Assembly: GCA_963768055.1 (NCBI GenBank)
Contig: CAVYGN010000002.1
Location: 1,536,001 to 1,600,000, forward strand
Direction: 5' to 3'
Length of the DNA stretch: 64,000 nt
DNA from: an uncultured Spirochaetota bacterium
GTDB taxonomy: Bacteria; Spirochaetota; Brevinematia; Brevinematales; JAOACQ01
Below the pieces are notes generated by a model, which was given only the letters and a program-made list of their open reading frames with translations, was not told the origin of the DNA and did no database searches. Within the stretch, counting starts at the first letter, position 1, and the number at the start of each line of letters is the position of its first letter. Position numbers and translations under genes: made by a program. Positions 19,486 to 30,497 of this stretch are shown one piece after another.

Positions 19486-22461
19486 CTAAACAATATTCCC
19501 AAAATTTAAAGGCCTCAAATCGTCGGCTTCGGTTTCTTTTTGAACGTTGAAGTTGTAATCTCCGAGAAAATTAATATGCTCCCAACCAAGTGGGCTTATA
19601 TTCTGTAAGAGATCTTCCATCAGAGTGCCATTAGCTTTAAGATGATTGGCGGCTTTTTGCAAGTATTTGGTATTCCATACGCTGATCGCGTTTATAATGA
19701 TGCTCAAAGCGCTTGCCCGCTGCAGTTGGTCCTGAAGTTCCCTTTCCCTGAACACACCATGCTTTCCGATAAATATGCCTTCCCTTGCAAGGGCATTGAC
19801 GGCCTCACCCTTATTCAGGCCCTTCTGTATACGTCTCCGAAAACGCTTATCAGTGATAAAGTCCAGAATAAAGATGGTTTTCTCGATCCGTCCCATTTCC
19901 CTCAGGGCTGCCGCGAGGGTATTCTGCCTTGAATATGAGCCAAGCTTGGACATTATCGAAGAACCGGTCACCTTGCCTGTTCTTATGGAATGAGCAAGGC
20001 GTAGCACGTCATCGTAATTTTCCCGTATCAGTTTGAGGTTTATTTTTCCCTTAATGATATGCTGTATATTTCGGTAGTTGACCGGATCTTCCAGCGAGTA
20101 CAGAACAAGTTCCGATATGCCCCTGATTCTCGGTGCGAATCTCAGGCCAAGCAGATGGCATAAACCGAACACTTGGTCAGTATATCCGGCTGTGTCCGTG
20201 TAATGCTCGCAAATATTAAGGTCAGTCTCATGAAAGAAAGCCCCGTCAATGACATAAAGGGCGTCCCTGGAGTTTGTGGGGATAACAGTGGAATAATATG
20301 AGGAATACTGATCGCTGATGAAGCGGTACATGGTTGTTCCTTTTTGTGATCCATAATGCGGGTTATGTTCGGCATTCAACGCCGATACTCCGACCTGGAC
20401 CCTCATTCCATCGGAAGACGACGTGGTACCGTCACCCCAATAAGCAGATAAGGCCTGTTTATGCTGATAATTCACAAGAACGGCCTGGGCTTTTATCATT
20501 GCTTCGTCATACATTCGCCATTGTGCCATGTTGGCCATCTGCCAGTAAGAGATACCCGGTGTAGATTCCGCCATCTTGTACAAACCGATATTGGTCCCCA
20601 TGGCCATCAGGGTAGCCATTAGAACAGGTATTTCTTCATTCCTTGCAAGATTTCCCGTGGAAGCGTGAATGAATTTCCTGTCGAAGTTAGTCCAGCCCGC
20701 GACTTCTTGCAGCAGCTCTGGCAATTTTATATGGGGCAGCATGCCGTAAAGCCTTTGGCTCAATACTTCGGCCTCTTCCGGAGTGTCTTTGTCAAGCTTT
20801 TCAACATGAATACCGTCCGTGTCGATGTTAACGCCTTCCAGGCTGCCAAGATTTCTTGAAAGCCGTTCCAGGCGGTTATTCAATGATTCCGACCTTTCCC
20901 TTAAATAGTAGTTATAATCGGTGCTGACCGCCAATTGGGTATTGGAGGTCTCTTTTGCTTTTATCCAACCCTCTTTTGATACAAGGTATTCATCAAAGTT
21001 CCTGTAATTTCTGCTTCCCTTCACGGCAATGTCCCCGGCCCTGGTCCTGTTCCTCAATTCAGTCAAAACAGCCATCTCGTAATAATGCCTGTTTATCTGA
21101 CCTCCCGGTTCAAAAATGAATTTGTCCCACCTGTTGGTAATAAAGCCCATGGGAGCGTTTGGAGGCATTTTTCGTGCCCCGGTCTCGTTCATTTCTTTAA
21201 TGAGCTTCAGGGCGTCAAGCAACGGCTTCATGGAGGTATTGGTTGAAGAAAATTCAAGGCACTTGACCAAAACCGGCGTGTATTTCCGGAGATGGTTGTA
21301 CCAGACGTCAAGTAAATCCAGGTAGTCATAGTTCAACGGCCTGACAAGCTTTCTGGCTTCCTCCACAGACTCGACAATCATCTCCCAGGGCATAACGGAT
21401 TCTATGGTATCATAGGGGTCAAGACCTTCATTCCTGGCCTTGATCAATGCGGCGCCCAGGTCAGCAAACTGAATAATCTTCTCATTCAGGGATTTGCCAT
21501 TCTGTTTCTGGATTTCATCCTGTTCCTTTCTGCCTTTGGAAAACAAAGTGTTGATCTGCCTGTCATGGATCTCGACCGCGAGGTCAACAAGGCTTTGACT
21601 TAAACCATGAAGGTATACCCCAAGAATAGCATGCCGTTTGTCTGCATCGAAACGACGGAATGAACGAGGTTCATATTTTGACCCCAGCCTTGTCAATTGC
21701 CGCAATCTGTTGGGGTGTATCCCGGCAATATCAATATTGAGGTCCAGTTCTCGTATTTTTTCAAGCCTTTCGACAACCTCAAGAAAGGCTTTCGGGGACG
21801 ATTTTCCGGGATCCTCTTTAAGCCAGCCAAGAACCGTCTTGGCTGCTTCATCTGGCGATTCAATCAGTTTATCCATTTTCTGTTTTTGTAGAGGGGTGAG
21901 AGCATCATTTATACTCTTGATAACTTGCTCATCAGCCATTATGCGGACCTCGTTGACTATTCTTTCTATTGTGGTGATCCCGGGAAGAATGACCAGGTTC
22001 CTCTTTAATTTATTGATGGATTCCCGTATAAGATGAATGATGTTGTCGTTTTCCATAGCGAAAGGAAGGAGATGTATTGAAAGCATCTCACCGTCTTCTT
22101 CGGAATATTGCCTGTATCCATATGTTGTCTGCAATTCTTCAAGATGTTCGTATTTTGTCATCCTTCTCTGGAAATACTTGGAAAAAATTTCTGGGTTAAC
22201 ATGAAGCTGTTCCGCTATATAAGAAAGTACCATATCAGGAATCTCATTGTGAGATCCAAGTGGCCATCCGGGATTCCTAAGCATGCAAAGCTGAACGGCA
22301 AAACCAAGACGGTTATAGTCTCTTCTGTGAAGGCTGATGATCCCGATGTCCTTATCAGTCAGAGTATAATGCCTGGCTATCTCAAAATCGCTTATATCTT
22401 CAGGAACATTGGTAAATTCAAGCCTTTGTTCTTCAGTCAGCAATATCTCAGGAACCGCCAT
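19486..22461 (-). CDS. tnpA: Tn3-family transposase
   Basis: 991 aa; RLGFAVQL, TSSSDG, HYTDTAG, LNKGEA, SPLGWEHINFLGDY. Confidence 0.96.
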   Translation of the reverse strand: MAVPEILLTEEQRLEFTNVPEDISDFEIARHYTLTDKDIGIISLHRRDYNRLGFAVQLCMLRNPGWPLGSHNEIPDMVLSYIAEQLHVNPEIFSKYFQRRMTKYEHLEELQTTYGYRQYSEEDGEMLSIHLLPFAMENDNIIHLIRESINKLKRNLVILPGITTIERIVNEVRIMADEQVIKSINDALTPLQKQKMDKLIESPDEAAKTVLGWLKEDPGKSSPKAFLEVVERLEKIRELDLNIDIAGIHPNRLRQLTRLGSKYEPRSFRRFDADKRHAILGVYLHGLSQSLVDLAVEIHDRQINTLFSKGRKEQDEIQKQNGKSLNEKIIQFADLGAALIKARNEGLDPYDTIESVMPWEMIVESVEEARKLVRPLNYDYLDLLDVWYNHLRKYTPVLVKCLEFSSTNTSMKPLLDALKLIKEMNETGARKMPPNAPMGFITNRWDKFIFEPGGQINRHYYEMAVLTELRNRTRAGDIAVKGSRNYRNFDEYLVSKEGWIKAKETSNTQLAVSTDYNYYLRERSESLNNRLERLSRNLGSLEGVNIDTDGIHVEKLDKDTPEEAEVLSQRLYGMLPHIKLPELLQEVAGWTNFDRKFIHASTGNLARNEEIPVLMATLMAMGTNIGLYKMAESTPGISYWQMANMAQWRMYDEAMIKAQAVLVNYQHKQALSAYWGDGTTSSSDGMRVQVGVSALNAEHNPHYGSQKGTTMYRFISDQYSSYYSTVIPTNSRDALYVIDGAFFHETDLNICEHYTDTAGYTDQVFGLCHLLGLRFAPRIRGISELVLYSLEDPVNYRNIQHIIKGKINLKLIRENYDDVLRLAHSIRTGKVTGSSIMSKLGSYSRQNTLAAALREMGRIEKTIFILDFITDKRFRRRIQKGLNKGEAVNALAREGIFIGKHGVFRERELQDQLQRASALSIIINAISVWNTKYLQKAANHLKANGTLMEDLLQNISPLGWEHINFLGDYNFNVQKETEADDLRPLNFGNIV

Positions 22462-22468
22462 TTTTACC

Positions 22469-23032
22469 TCATATTTTTGATCTTTGATTTTTTATATATC
22501 GGTATAAACTAGTTTTGCTGATCCCGGTTGCTTTCCTGATTTCGGAAACGGAATACTCTTTGCTATCATACATTTTTATTGCCAAATCCACTTCTTTGGA
22601 AGGTTTAAACGGGCGGCCACCTTTTCTTCCTCTTGCCCGTGCGCTTGCAAGTCCCTCCCTGGTCCTCTGACTGACCAGGTCTCTTTCAAATTGGCTTATT
22701 CCTGCAAACATGGTAAACATTAATTTTCCTTGGGGAGTAGTTGTGTCCATCCACGATTCTTTTAGGCTTTTAATATTCGCTCCCTTTCTTTCTATTAATT
22801 CAACAAGATGGAACAGGTCTTTTGTCGATCTGCTCAATCTGGTCAAATCGCTTATTATAATGACATCTCCCTTCCTGACATGGTCCAGCAGTTTTTCCAA
22901 TTCAGGCCTTTCTTTTTTAGTTCCTGTTATTTTCTCCTGGTAAACCTTTTCACATCCGGATGATTTCAGTTGATCCAGTTGTCTGTCCAGATTCTGGGAG
23001 TCGGTTGACACCCTTGCATATCCTAAAATCAT
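22469..23032 (-). CDS. tnpR: Serine resolvase
   Basis: GYARVST, LTRLSRS, FERDL, GRKGGRP, C-terminal HTH. Confidence 0.95.
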   Translation of the reverse strand: MILGYARVSTDSQNLDRQLDQLKSSGCEKVYQEKITGTKKERPELEKLLDHVRKGDVIIISDLTRLSRSTKDLFHLVELIERKGANIKSLKESWMDTTTPQGKLMFTMFAGISQFERDLVSQRTREGLASARARGRKGGRPFKPSKEVDLAIKMYDSKEYSVSEIRKATGISKTSLYRYIKNQRSKI

Positions 23033-23059
23033 ATTTGCTCCTCAAAATGTTTTTGAATA

Positions 23060-23195
23060 TTGTACCATATAGGTTCATAATTCTCAATAACCGGAACATT
23101 GTTTATGGGAATAGTTATGGTACAGGAAAAATGTTCAATTTATGCTGAATTTCATTAGAACAATATTCTTCCCAAATACGTTCGTTTATGGAACA
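23060..23195. promoter_or_regulatory. Putative res site between tnpR and the TA operon
   Basis: Imperfect inverted repeats (TGTACCATA...TATGGTACA; TTCCC...TATGGAAC) in the divergent intergenic region. Confidence 0.5.
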
Positions 23196-23204
23196 GATAT
23201 TTAC

Positions 23205-23233
23205 TTGACAATATAACCATCTGGTTATATAAT
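23205..23233 (+). promoter_or_regulatory. Consensus sigma70 promoter with overlapping palindromic operator for the TA operon
   Basis: TTGACA-17 bp-TATAAT. The spacer holds ATATAACC-ATCT-GGTTATAT. Confidence 0.8.
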
Positions 23234-23250
23234 TCATTCGAGGTTTGGAA

Positions 23251-23598
23251 ATGAAAATTGAATTTTATGAAACTACGACAGGGAAAAGTCCTGTCTTGGA
23301 TTCCATTAATGAACTTAGCAATGAGGACCAGACGAAGATACTCGGATGCTTAGAGAATATCCAGCAGTTAGGCTTTGATTGCCCAAGGGTCGAGTTTCGA
23401 CAGATTGAAGGCAAGTTATGGGAAATAAAGATCAGGGCAAATTCTGGCGGATTCCGGTTTTTTTATGTTTCTGTCAGCAAGAAGTTACTTGTAATCCTGC
23501 ATATGATAAAGAAAAAGACTCAGAAAACGCCGCCCAAGGATATAAATGTAGCAATGAACCGGCTAAAGGAGGTTATAGCAAATGAAGACATTAGATAA
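23251..23598 (+). CDS. RelE/ParE-superfamily (Gp49-like) toxin
   Basis: KIEFYE...GKSPV, LWEIKIR, RFFY, LHMIKKKTQKTP. Lies upstream of an HTH gene. Confidence 0.85.
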   Translation: MKIEFYETTTGKSPVLDSINELSNEDQTKILGCLENIQQLGFDCPRVEFRQIEGKLWEIKIRANSGGFRFFYVSVSKKLLVILHMIKKKTQKTPPKDINVAMNRLKEVIANEDIR

Positions 23599-23875
23599 AG
23601 TTATAGCGGAGAAGATGAAAGATGAAGAATTCGCCGTTCTCTATGTGAAGGAAATGATTATAAACAAGATTGCCTGTGCTGTTATTGATATGCGGCAAAG
23701 ACAGGGTTTGACTCAGACAGAACTCGCAGAAAAAGCCCATACTTCACAACCGGTCATAGCCAGGTTGGAACGGGGATCTGATTCCCGGATTCCTTCACTG
23801 GAACTTCTTGGCCGAATTGCTCGTGCACTTGGAAAAGAAATTACTATTGACTTTAAGCCGGTTCATCACAATTGA
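23582..23875 (+). CDS. XRE-family HTH antitoxin
   Basis: GLTQTELAEKAHTSQPVIARLERG...PSLELLGRIARALG. Overlaps the toxin gene. Confidence 0.88.
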   Translation: MKTLDKVIAEKMKDEEFAVLYVKEMIINKIACAVIDMRQRQGLTQTELAEKAHTSQPVIARLERGSDSRIPSLELLGRIARALGKEITIDFKPVHHN

Positions 23876-23888
23876 AAGAGGACAGTCT

Positions 23889-24197
23889 ATGACGATCAAC
23901 CTACGTGAGGTTTATCCTATAAAATATTACAAAAAAGAAGGTTTTGTAGAACGAAAGCTGGAGATTAACGAAGAAGATCTTCAAAATATCATAGAGGATT
24001 ATTTGTTGAATAATGCAGAGTTTGATTTTGATGAAATTGATATTGTCAACAATCGTCCCATAAATGTCTGGCTACATGTAAAGTGCCGCAAATACACTGA
24101 TCCCGAAGATGAAGATTACGAAGATGTGTTGAATGAAGCCGAGGTGGTAATCGCGGGGGACTATGATGGCAATCCAACACCAGGCTTGATAGTTTAA
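23889..24197 (+). CDS. Acidic hypothetical passenger protein
   Basis: AGAGGA RBS before ATG 23889; 102 aa, D/E-rich; ends just inside the IR. Confidence 0.6.
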   Translation: MTINLREVYPIKYYKKEGFVERKLEINEEDLQNIIEDYLLNNAEFDFDEIDIVNNRPINVWLHVKCRKYTDPEDEDYEDVLNEAEVVIAGDYDGNPTPGLIV

Positions 24198-24498
24198 AAA
24201 TTGTCTTAGCGGTACTTTTGTCGGAAATGCCGATAGTACCCCTAGTAGTATTGCTGCAGTAAGTAGAGATAACTCGTCCTGCTATCATTATGCTCTCGTT
24301 ATTATTACATTTTTCATAAACCAGAGATCCCATTAATAACCCGAGTTTCTTATCAAATTCTACCCTGTTGTTATTCCTTTTAAGATTGATCTTTTCGGTT
24401 AAATGAGCTCCCGCAGTAACGAGAAGCTGAATCGTTGAAGTAACTGTTAAATTATTAGCATTCATATTATTTAACCTCTCCCAAGTCTTAAGTCTGTA

Positions 24499-24744
24499 TT
24501 ATTTAGGTAAATTAAACTTTGCACCTGGTTTGTAGAATTTAACCCTTTCCCTTTTGCTAAAATCATAATCTTTATTATTCCAAATTGTTAAAACTTTTTT
24601 ATCTTCGTCGATGAAGGCATCCAGTGTGCAATCTTTGTTCTTGTCAATCCCCATTATTTTTGCGGCTTCCGCAGGTATCGTAATTCTCGCGGATAAACCA
24701 AGAATACCTTTTCTTGATTGCACTTTAATTTTGTATGCCGGCAT
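24499..24744 (-). CDS. AbrB/MazE-like small DNA-binding protein
   Basis: GAGGAG RBS; KIKVQ...SARITIPAEAAKIMGI swapped-hairpin pattern. Confidence 0.55.
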   Translation of the reverse strand: MPAYKIKVQSRKGILGLSARITIPAEAAKIMGIDKNKDCTLDAFIDEDKKVLTIWNNKDYDFSKRERVKFYKPGAKFNLPK

Positions 24745-25192
24745 TTCAGACTCCTCATTTTCTATATTATAAGGCTTGAAATATTGAGTGACGGGGATAA
24801 ACTCGGCTACACCAATTCTCAGTTGCAATACGCTTCGCTTATGTTTGATATACCTACCAATGAGGGCATACCGGATTCTATATTGAAATGAATATCTCCT
24901 TCTTTCCAAAATACAATGATATCAAACAAATTCTATTGACTAATTTTTCCGATAATGTATAATAGTTGTAAGGATAAAAGGGATTTCATAAATGCCTTTA
25001 AAAAACCTCGAAAACATTTCCCCGGAACAGGCCGGATTTATCCGCGCAGAGTAGTCAGCAGATAAGATCAACGGATTTTATGTTTATTAACAACAATCTT
25101 ATTAATAGCGCTAAAGCTTTAAATGGATCTGAAAAATCTGGGAATGCAGGTCATTTTTTGTCTATCTGTTTTGGTTTACAATACGGCCTACT

Positions 25193-26744
25193 TTATCTTT
25201 CTCTTACTTGTCCGAACACCACCCCCTGTCTCACTATTTTATAGATAAGGCGCCCATTAGTAATACCGTTTTGTAATATGAATTTTGCGGATTCTTCATT
25301 CGTAACAACAAAATTCCATGGCGGCAAATATGGCCAAATACTATCTGCGGGGGAAAACGAAGTTTGAAGGCAGACTGTATGAACCTTATTCGTATGTTCA
25401 AGCCCTTCCTCCTCTATAAGATGCTTTTTTAATGCCGTAAACAATTCCTTATTCCCAAATTCATAATAATCCCCCCCCCTGATAATGCTTCATTGCTTCA
25501 GCCAGGTTATTCCCTGCAAAACGATTGAAATAGCTGTAATGATATGGATATAAGGAAACGATCTCATAAATATACAAGGCTGAACTAGCGATGAATAATC
25601 CTAAAAATATTATTTTTAACCAGGTAATCTTATAGATTTTCTCTAATATAAGAGCTGTTACAATGCCGCATATTATTATCAAAGGTACCATAGCAAATAT
25701 CATCTGACGTATTTCATTGTAAAGATGGGATTTTTGAATTATTGGATATAAACTTGTAAATAAAAAACTCAAAATTAGTACTACCCAGGCGGTAAATTTA
25801 CAAATATCTATCGATAAAGTCTTTGCTTTAAATTTCCCCGTTATCCAAAATGAAAATATAATAAGACTTATAATGGAAATAACAAATATCCATTCAGGAA
25901 ATTTGACTAGATAATATGACGGAATATACATAGGATCACCCAAGCCTCTGATATGTATAAAATATTGAAGGGATTCTGGTATAGCGCTTATAGGATATTT
26001 TTGTAGCCATGGCCAGAATAGCGCCATAACTATAAAAGCACTGATAATTAAAACAGGAATTCGCTTAATAATATTTACCTGCCATTTAAAGACCGTATGA
26101 AATTGAATATTTTCAAAAACGAGGCGATAAACCGAATAAAATACCCATGCAATAATGAAATAAAAAAACAGTATAAGTCCTCCGATCCTTATGCCGGCGG
26201 TTATGCCACAATAAAGCCCGACCTGTAGAGCGTCTTTAAAGCGGAAATCCGGAAACTTGAAAATTGTTTTTATAATACTGTAAATCCCCCATATAAATGT
26301 AGCTGCAAATGGAATATCTTTAGAATTATTGAACATATGGCCCAGATAAGTAGGGAAAAGAAATAACAGCAATGCTGAAAAAAAGCCCCCGGCATTACCA
26401 GCAAATTTTTTACCGATCATAAAAGCGCCTATTATTCCCCATAAACCGAAAAGGGCATTGATAAGATGCCGTGATTCATAAGTACCGAAAGGCAGGACCG
26501 ATACGCCAATTTCAGCGATAGCTTCAAAAAAACCGCCATAATAGTACAAATCATAAAAATGCTGGGATGAATGATCCTGGAAAAAACTTGTGTAAAAACT
26601 TACGATTTGTTGTCCGTACTTATGTTGAAATCCCTCATCCCAATTAGTCCCGTATATCTGGAATGTAAATAATATCCATGCCAGAATGAGCGCGAATAAT
26701 AATAACGAGAGATATAAATAGAATTTATCAAAATGTTTCATCAT
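25193..26744 (-). pseudogene. GT-C fold (ArnT/PMT-like) membrane glycosyltransferase frameshifted at a G9 tract
   Basis: NWDE, YYGGFFE, GHMFNNSKDIPFA, many TM helices. C9 run at 25471-25479; loss of one G joins ORF 25461-26744 to ORF 25193-25444 (...YQGGDYYEFGNKELFTALKK). Confidence 0.75.
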
Positions 26745-26898
26745 TTCCTCAGAATTAATACTTGGAATATTATTTTACCTGTTACTCATTGAAAATGCCA
26801 TTATTATATTAAAAAGGATAGCAGGGCGGCGCATGGGTATGATGCTACGCGCTGGCCGGATTACCTCCGGCGGGGCAATATTAATAAAGCTTATTGTA

Positions 26899-26936
26899 GG
26901 CCCCATGGGAGCATTCGTGTTATGTACTGAAAAGTA
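26899..26936 (+). repeat. Outer left 38-bp IR
   Basis: Exact reverse complement of 39126-39163. Confidence 0.92.
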
Positions 26937-27153
26937 ACAAGCCGTTTGGCTGTCAATTAATCAGAAATATCAATGCTTTCAACATACATAAAGTAATTAA
27001 AGTATTATAAAAGTAAAGAAGCTCCCTTATTTTTTTAATTGGGGTTCTAACCATAAACCCCCGAAATATTTGATACCTATTATATTGTCGACAGCCAGGG
27101 AGATTCCCAACCTTTTCCTGAAAATTACCATTTAAGATTTTAGATAGAAATCA

Positions 27154-27658
<505 letters not shown>

Positions 27659-27946
27659 TTACACTAATATTAAACCTTCCGGGTCAAAAGTCTTTTTTGT
27701 TCCAATATGTTCTACTCTATTTTTCCAGTTTGCTCCAAGATAATAAAATCGAAGGCTATCGTATTTTTCATTGATTTCTTTTTCAAGTTTATGCCGTAAT
27801 TCTTTCCATTGTGCAGGATCTACAAGGCATTCAAAAACAGAGTACTGAACGCGCTGGCCGTAATCTTCACAAATTTTTGCAACACGTCGGAGCCTTTTTT
27901 TACCTCTTTCATCCTCAGCTACATCATAACTCACAAGTACCAGCAT
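27659..27946 (-). CDS. cas2: CRISPR-associated endonuclease Cas2
   Basis: LVSYDV, RLRRVAK, GQRVQYSVFEC, DSLRFY. Confidence 0.96.
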   Translation of the reverse strand: MLVLVSYDVAEDERGKKRLRRVAKICEDYGQRVQYSVFECLVDPAQWKELRHKLEKEINEKYDSLRFYYLGANWKNRVEHIGTKKTFDPEGLILV

Positions 27947-27949
27947 GCA

Positions 27950-28981
27950 TTACCTCCAGATAAAAGGGGGATATTCATCTAGATCACCCCTGATATAACG
28001 GGCTAATAAAAGCGCCTGTGTATGAAACAACAACCCTATATGCATAGTTTCCCCGATAAATGGGTGTTCAAGGCACTCCTGTTTTCTTTTTTGATATGTT
28101 TCGAGAACTGTTTTTCTGGCTTTTTCATTCATCAGTACCGTACCGGAATCGGAAATTTCAAAATCTTTTGACTCAATCTGTCTGAGATTGATAAGAGAAA
28201 GCATTAATCTATCGGCAATTACAGGACGGAATTCTTCCATTAAATCAAGAGAGAGCGACAAACGTCCCGGCCTGTCCCGGTGCAAAAAACCTACAGCCGG
28301 GTCTAATCCAGTAGTTTCCAGCGCTGAACGCATATCATGGTAAAGTAATGTATACAAGAATGAAAGAATGCAATTAACCCGATCCATCGGGGGTCTTCTA
28401 TTACGGTCTTTCATAAAAAAGTCCTCTTTTTGGTTTAAAATCAAATGATCGAGCACCCCAAAATAGATCTTCGCTGTGTCACCCTCGATTCCTCGCATCA
28501 ATTCAAGGTCATTACATTTCATAACCTTATTAACAGATCTTTCTATCTGCTTCGATGCTTCTTCTAATGCTTTCTGATCAACCCTTTCAGAATGGTCCCG
28601 GAGGGCGCGTTCCACAACTGTACGGCAATTCATAAACTTTCCGATCAGAACATTACGTGCAATTAAGACTGAAAATTCCATAGAGTCGGACATCCTGTAT
28701 TGCGCTTTTCTCAGAAGCACATTGCCAGCAACCGGTCCCTGAACTCGGCAGAGAAATTTTCCATATTCTGTCATAAAACTAATGCTTATTCCTTTATTTG
28801 CGCAATGCCCAAGAAGGAAAGGGCTGACACGCACATTTCCGAAACAAACAATGCTGTTCAGATTTATAGCCGGGATTTTTAACAGTTCTTTTTTATTCAG
28901 TGAAACGACTATAGTTTCCCGTTCTTTATGTACATAGACTTTTTGTGTAGTTATATAAAGGGTATTCAATATGCGTTTCAT
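27950..28981 (-). CDS. cas1: Type I-C Cas1
   Basis: LNTLYITTQ, GNVLLR, RGIEG, RNRRPP.D.VN, GFLHRDRPGR.SL.LDLMEEFR, YPPFIWR. Confidence 0.97.
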   Translation of the reverse strand: MKRILNTLYITTQKVYVHKERETIVVSLNKKELLKIPAINLNSIVCFGNVRVSPFLLGHCANKGISISFMTEYGKFLCRVQGPVAGNVLLRKAQYRMSDSMEFSVLIARNVLIGKFMNCRTVVERALRDHSERVDQKALEEASKQIERSVNKVMKCNDLELMRGIEGDTAKIYFGVLDHLILNQKEDFFMKDRNRRPPMDRVNCILSFLYTLLYHDMRSALETTGLDPAVGFLHRDRPGRLSLSLDLMEEFRPVIADRLMLSLINLRQIESKDFEISDSGTVLMNEKARKTVLETYQKRKQECLEHPFIGETMHIGLLFHTQALLLARYIRGDLDEYPPFIWR

Positions 28982-29628
28982 TATAGTTCCCCGAGTGGAG
29001 ATGAAGAGGAACCCTGTAATATCATCTTCTCAATATAATTTTTGACCCGCTGTTTTTTCCCGGTTATTTTCGGCTGACACTCATCGTAAAGCGAACAGGA
29101 ATCACATTTCTTAGAATACTCCGGCGGTGGAGTCTTTCCAGATTCCAGCATTTTCCGTACTTTTTGTGCGATCTCTTCCGTTCGATTACGTAAGGTTGGG
29201 GTTAATTCCACTTTCAAACGCTTTCTTGTTTTAAAATAGTAGATAAATCCTTCCGGTATCGAAATAGACAGCATTTCTTCCAGACAAAGCGCTTGAGCGC
29301 AAAGTTGTATGGTGTCCATCTCCTTCATTTTGGGCCTGCCTCGCTTATATTCTATGATACGGGAAATACCCGGAGAAAGCGTTTCAAGGACATCAACCTT
29401 GCCGGTAAGCCCCAGCCGGGATGAGTACAGCGGCAGTCCGAACGTAAGTTTTTTGTCTTTCCGGCTTTCGCTTTTACCGCTATGCGCCCTTTCATGTAAA
29501 ATTCTGCCTTCAGCCGTCAGGCCGTTTTCTTGCCATAGCTGTTCGATATGGATCAGCGCACACTGACGGGGACAGAAAACATAGTGCTGGAGAGCTGAAA
29601 TGAAGATGTAGTCAGATTCAGGGTACAT
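28981..29628 (-). CDS. cas4: Cas4
   Basis: ISALQHYVFCPRQCAL, IEYKRG, QLCAQALCLEEM, CxxCS...C. Confidence 0.96.
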   Translation of the reverse strand: MYPESDYIFISALQHYVFCPRQCALIHIEQLWQENGLTAEGRILHERAHSGKSESRKDKKLTFGLPLYSSRLGLTGKVDVLETLSPGISRIIEYKRGRPKMKEMDTIQLCAQALCLEEMLSISIPEGFIYYFKTRKRLKVELTPTLRNRTEEIAQKVRKMLESGKTPPPEYSKKCDSCSLYDECQPKITGKKQRVKNYIEKMILQGSSSSPLGEL

Positions 29629-29633
29629 AAGAG

Positions 29634-30497
29634 TTATAACATTTCTGTTATTTTAACCCCTAAGGGTATTCCATCTTTCTTGATTGAAACGGAGTAATCT
29701 TTCCAATCACGCGGTAAATCTGCTTTCTTTTCAATCAAAACTCGTTCAAATAATTCTCCTGAACGAGCATTCCCGAGATGATTCGAATGTATAAAAACAA
29801 TCAGTTTTCTGGGGTTCATTTCACCACGTGCAGCAGCTCGGTCATGCTCAAAAGCGTTAAGCAGCGATTCCCAGAGCAGTGCAAGATCGTCCTCTGAAAA
29901 CCCTGTTTTAACAGCATCAACGGCAGAGACAAAGCCATGCATCCTGTAAAGAGCATAAGGAACAGTTGACTTTCTGCCGAAAGTTGATGCATGTTCCCTG
30001 TGCTCCTGAGCTTTTGCTTCTTTTTCTGTTGTAACAGCACAGCGAGTAATTGAATGTTCGGCTTGGTAAATTCTGTCTTCTGATCGGGAAAAAGTAAACT
30101 GGATCGGTCCGCGTAGTGTTCCTGATGGTTTATCGCCAACTGCTAAAACTGCACCAAACGCTCGAATATCATAATATTTTTCACAAAGTTTTTTCTGGCG
30201 ATCTTTAATAACATCTTGTTTCTCTTTTTTTTCTTCATTTTCAACTTCGGTATCTGCTATATCTTTACCTAGAATATTTCCTTGTCTAATAAATATATCA
30301 TAAGGTGATTTCTGTTCATGTTTCAATGCAACATAATTTCTGACCTTACGTTTTATGCAAACATCCGTTACCAGCCCCTCCTGATTTTCGGCGTCAGCGC
30401 GCGGCAGATTGGCCTGATCAGGGTCTCCGTTCGGATTGCCGTCTTTTACATCATAAAGATAAACAAAATCATACCGGTTTTTTATAATCTCACTCAT
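29634..30497 (-). CDS. cas7: Type I-C Cas7/Csd2
   Basis: NRYDF, GNPNGDPD..N.PR, TDVCIKRKVRN, DIRAFGAV, RGPIQ, FEHDRAAARG. Confidence 0.95.
   Translation of the reverse strand: MSEIIKNRYDFVYLYDVKDGNPNGDPDQANLPRADAENQEGLVTDVCIKRKVRNYVALKHEQKSPYDIFIRQGNILGKDIADTEVENEEKKEKQDVIKDRQKKLCEKYYDIRAFGAVLAVGDKPSGTLRGPIQFTFSRSEDRIYQAEHSITRCAVTTEKEAKAQEHREHASTFGRKSTVPYALYRMHGFVSAVDAVKTGFSEDDLALLWESLLNAFEHDRAAARGEMNPRKLIVFIHSNHLGNARSGELFERVLIEKKADLPRDWKDYSVSIKKDGIPLGVKITEML

Larger units (their letters stand above)
19412..24242. mobile_element. Complete Tn3-family transposon (4,831 bp): tnpA, tnpR, res, RelE/HTH TA pair, one passenger ORF
   Basis: Perfect 38-bp IRs GGGGTACTATCGGCATTTCCGACAAAAGTACCGCTAAG at 19412-19449 and 24205-24242. 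5-bp target duplication TAGTA at 19407-19411 and 24243-24247. Confidence 0.97.
19228..24465 (-). pseudogene. 133-aa hypothetical gene split by the Tn3 element (parts 24465-24243 and 19406-19228)
   Basis: Removing 19412-24242 and one TAGTA copy restores a continuous ORF ...YCSNTT|IEAFSQRLSENKIVIPEY...KVEWDQEF*. Confidence 0.75.

Noticed and set aside
24936..24970. dif-like site (CCGATAATGTATAATAG)
   Set aside because: The XerD-side arm is missing, and the sequence is explained equally well as a TTGACT/TATAAT promoter.
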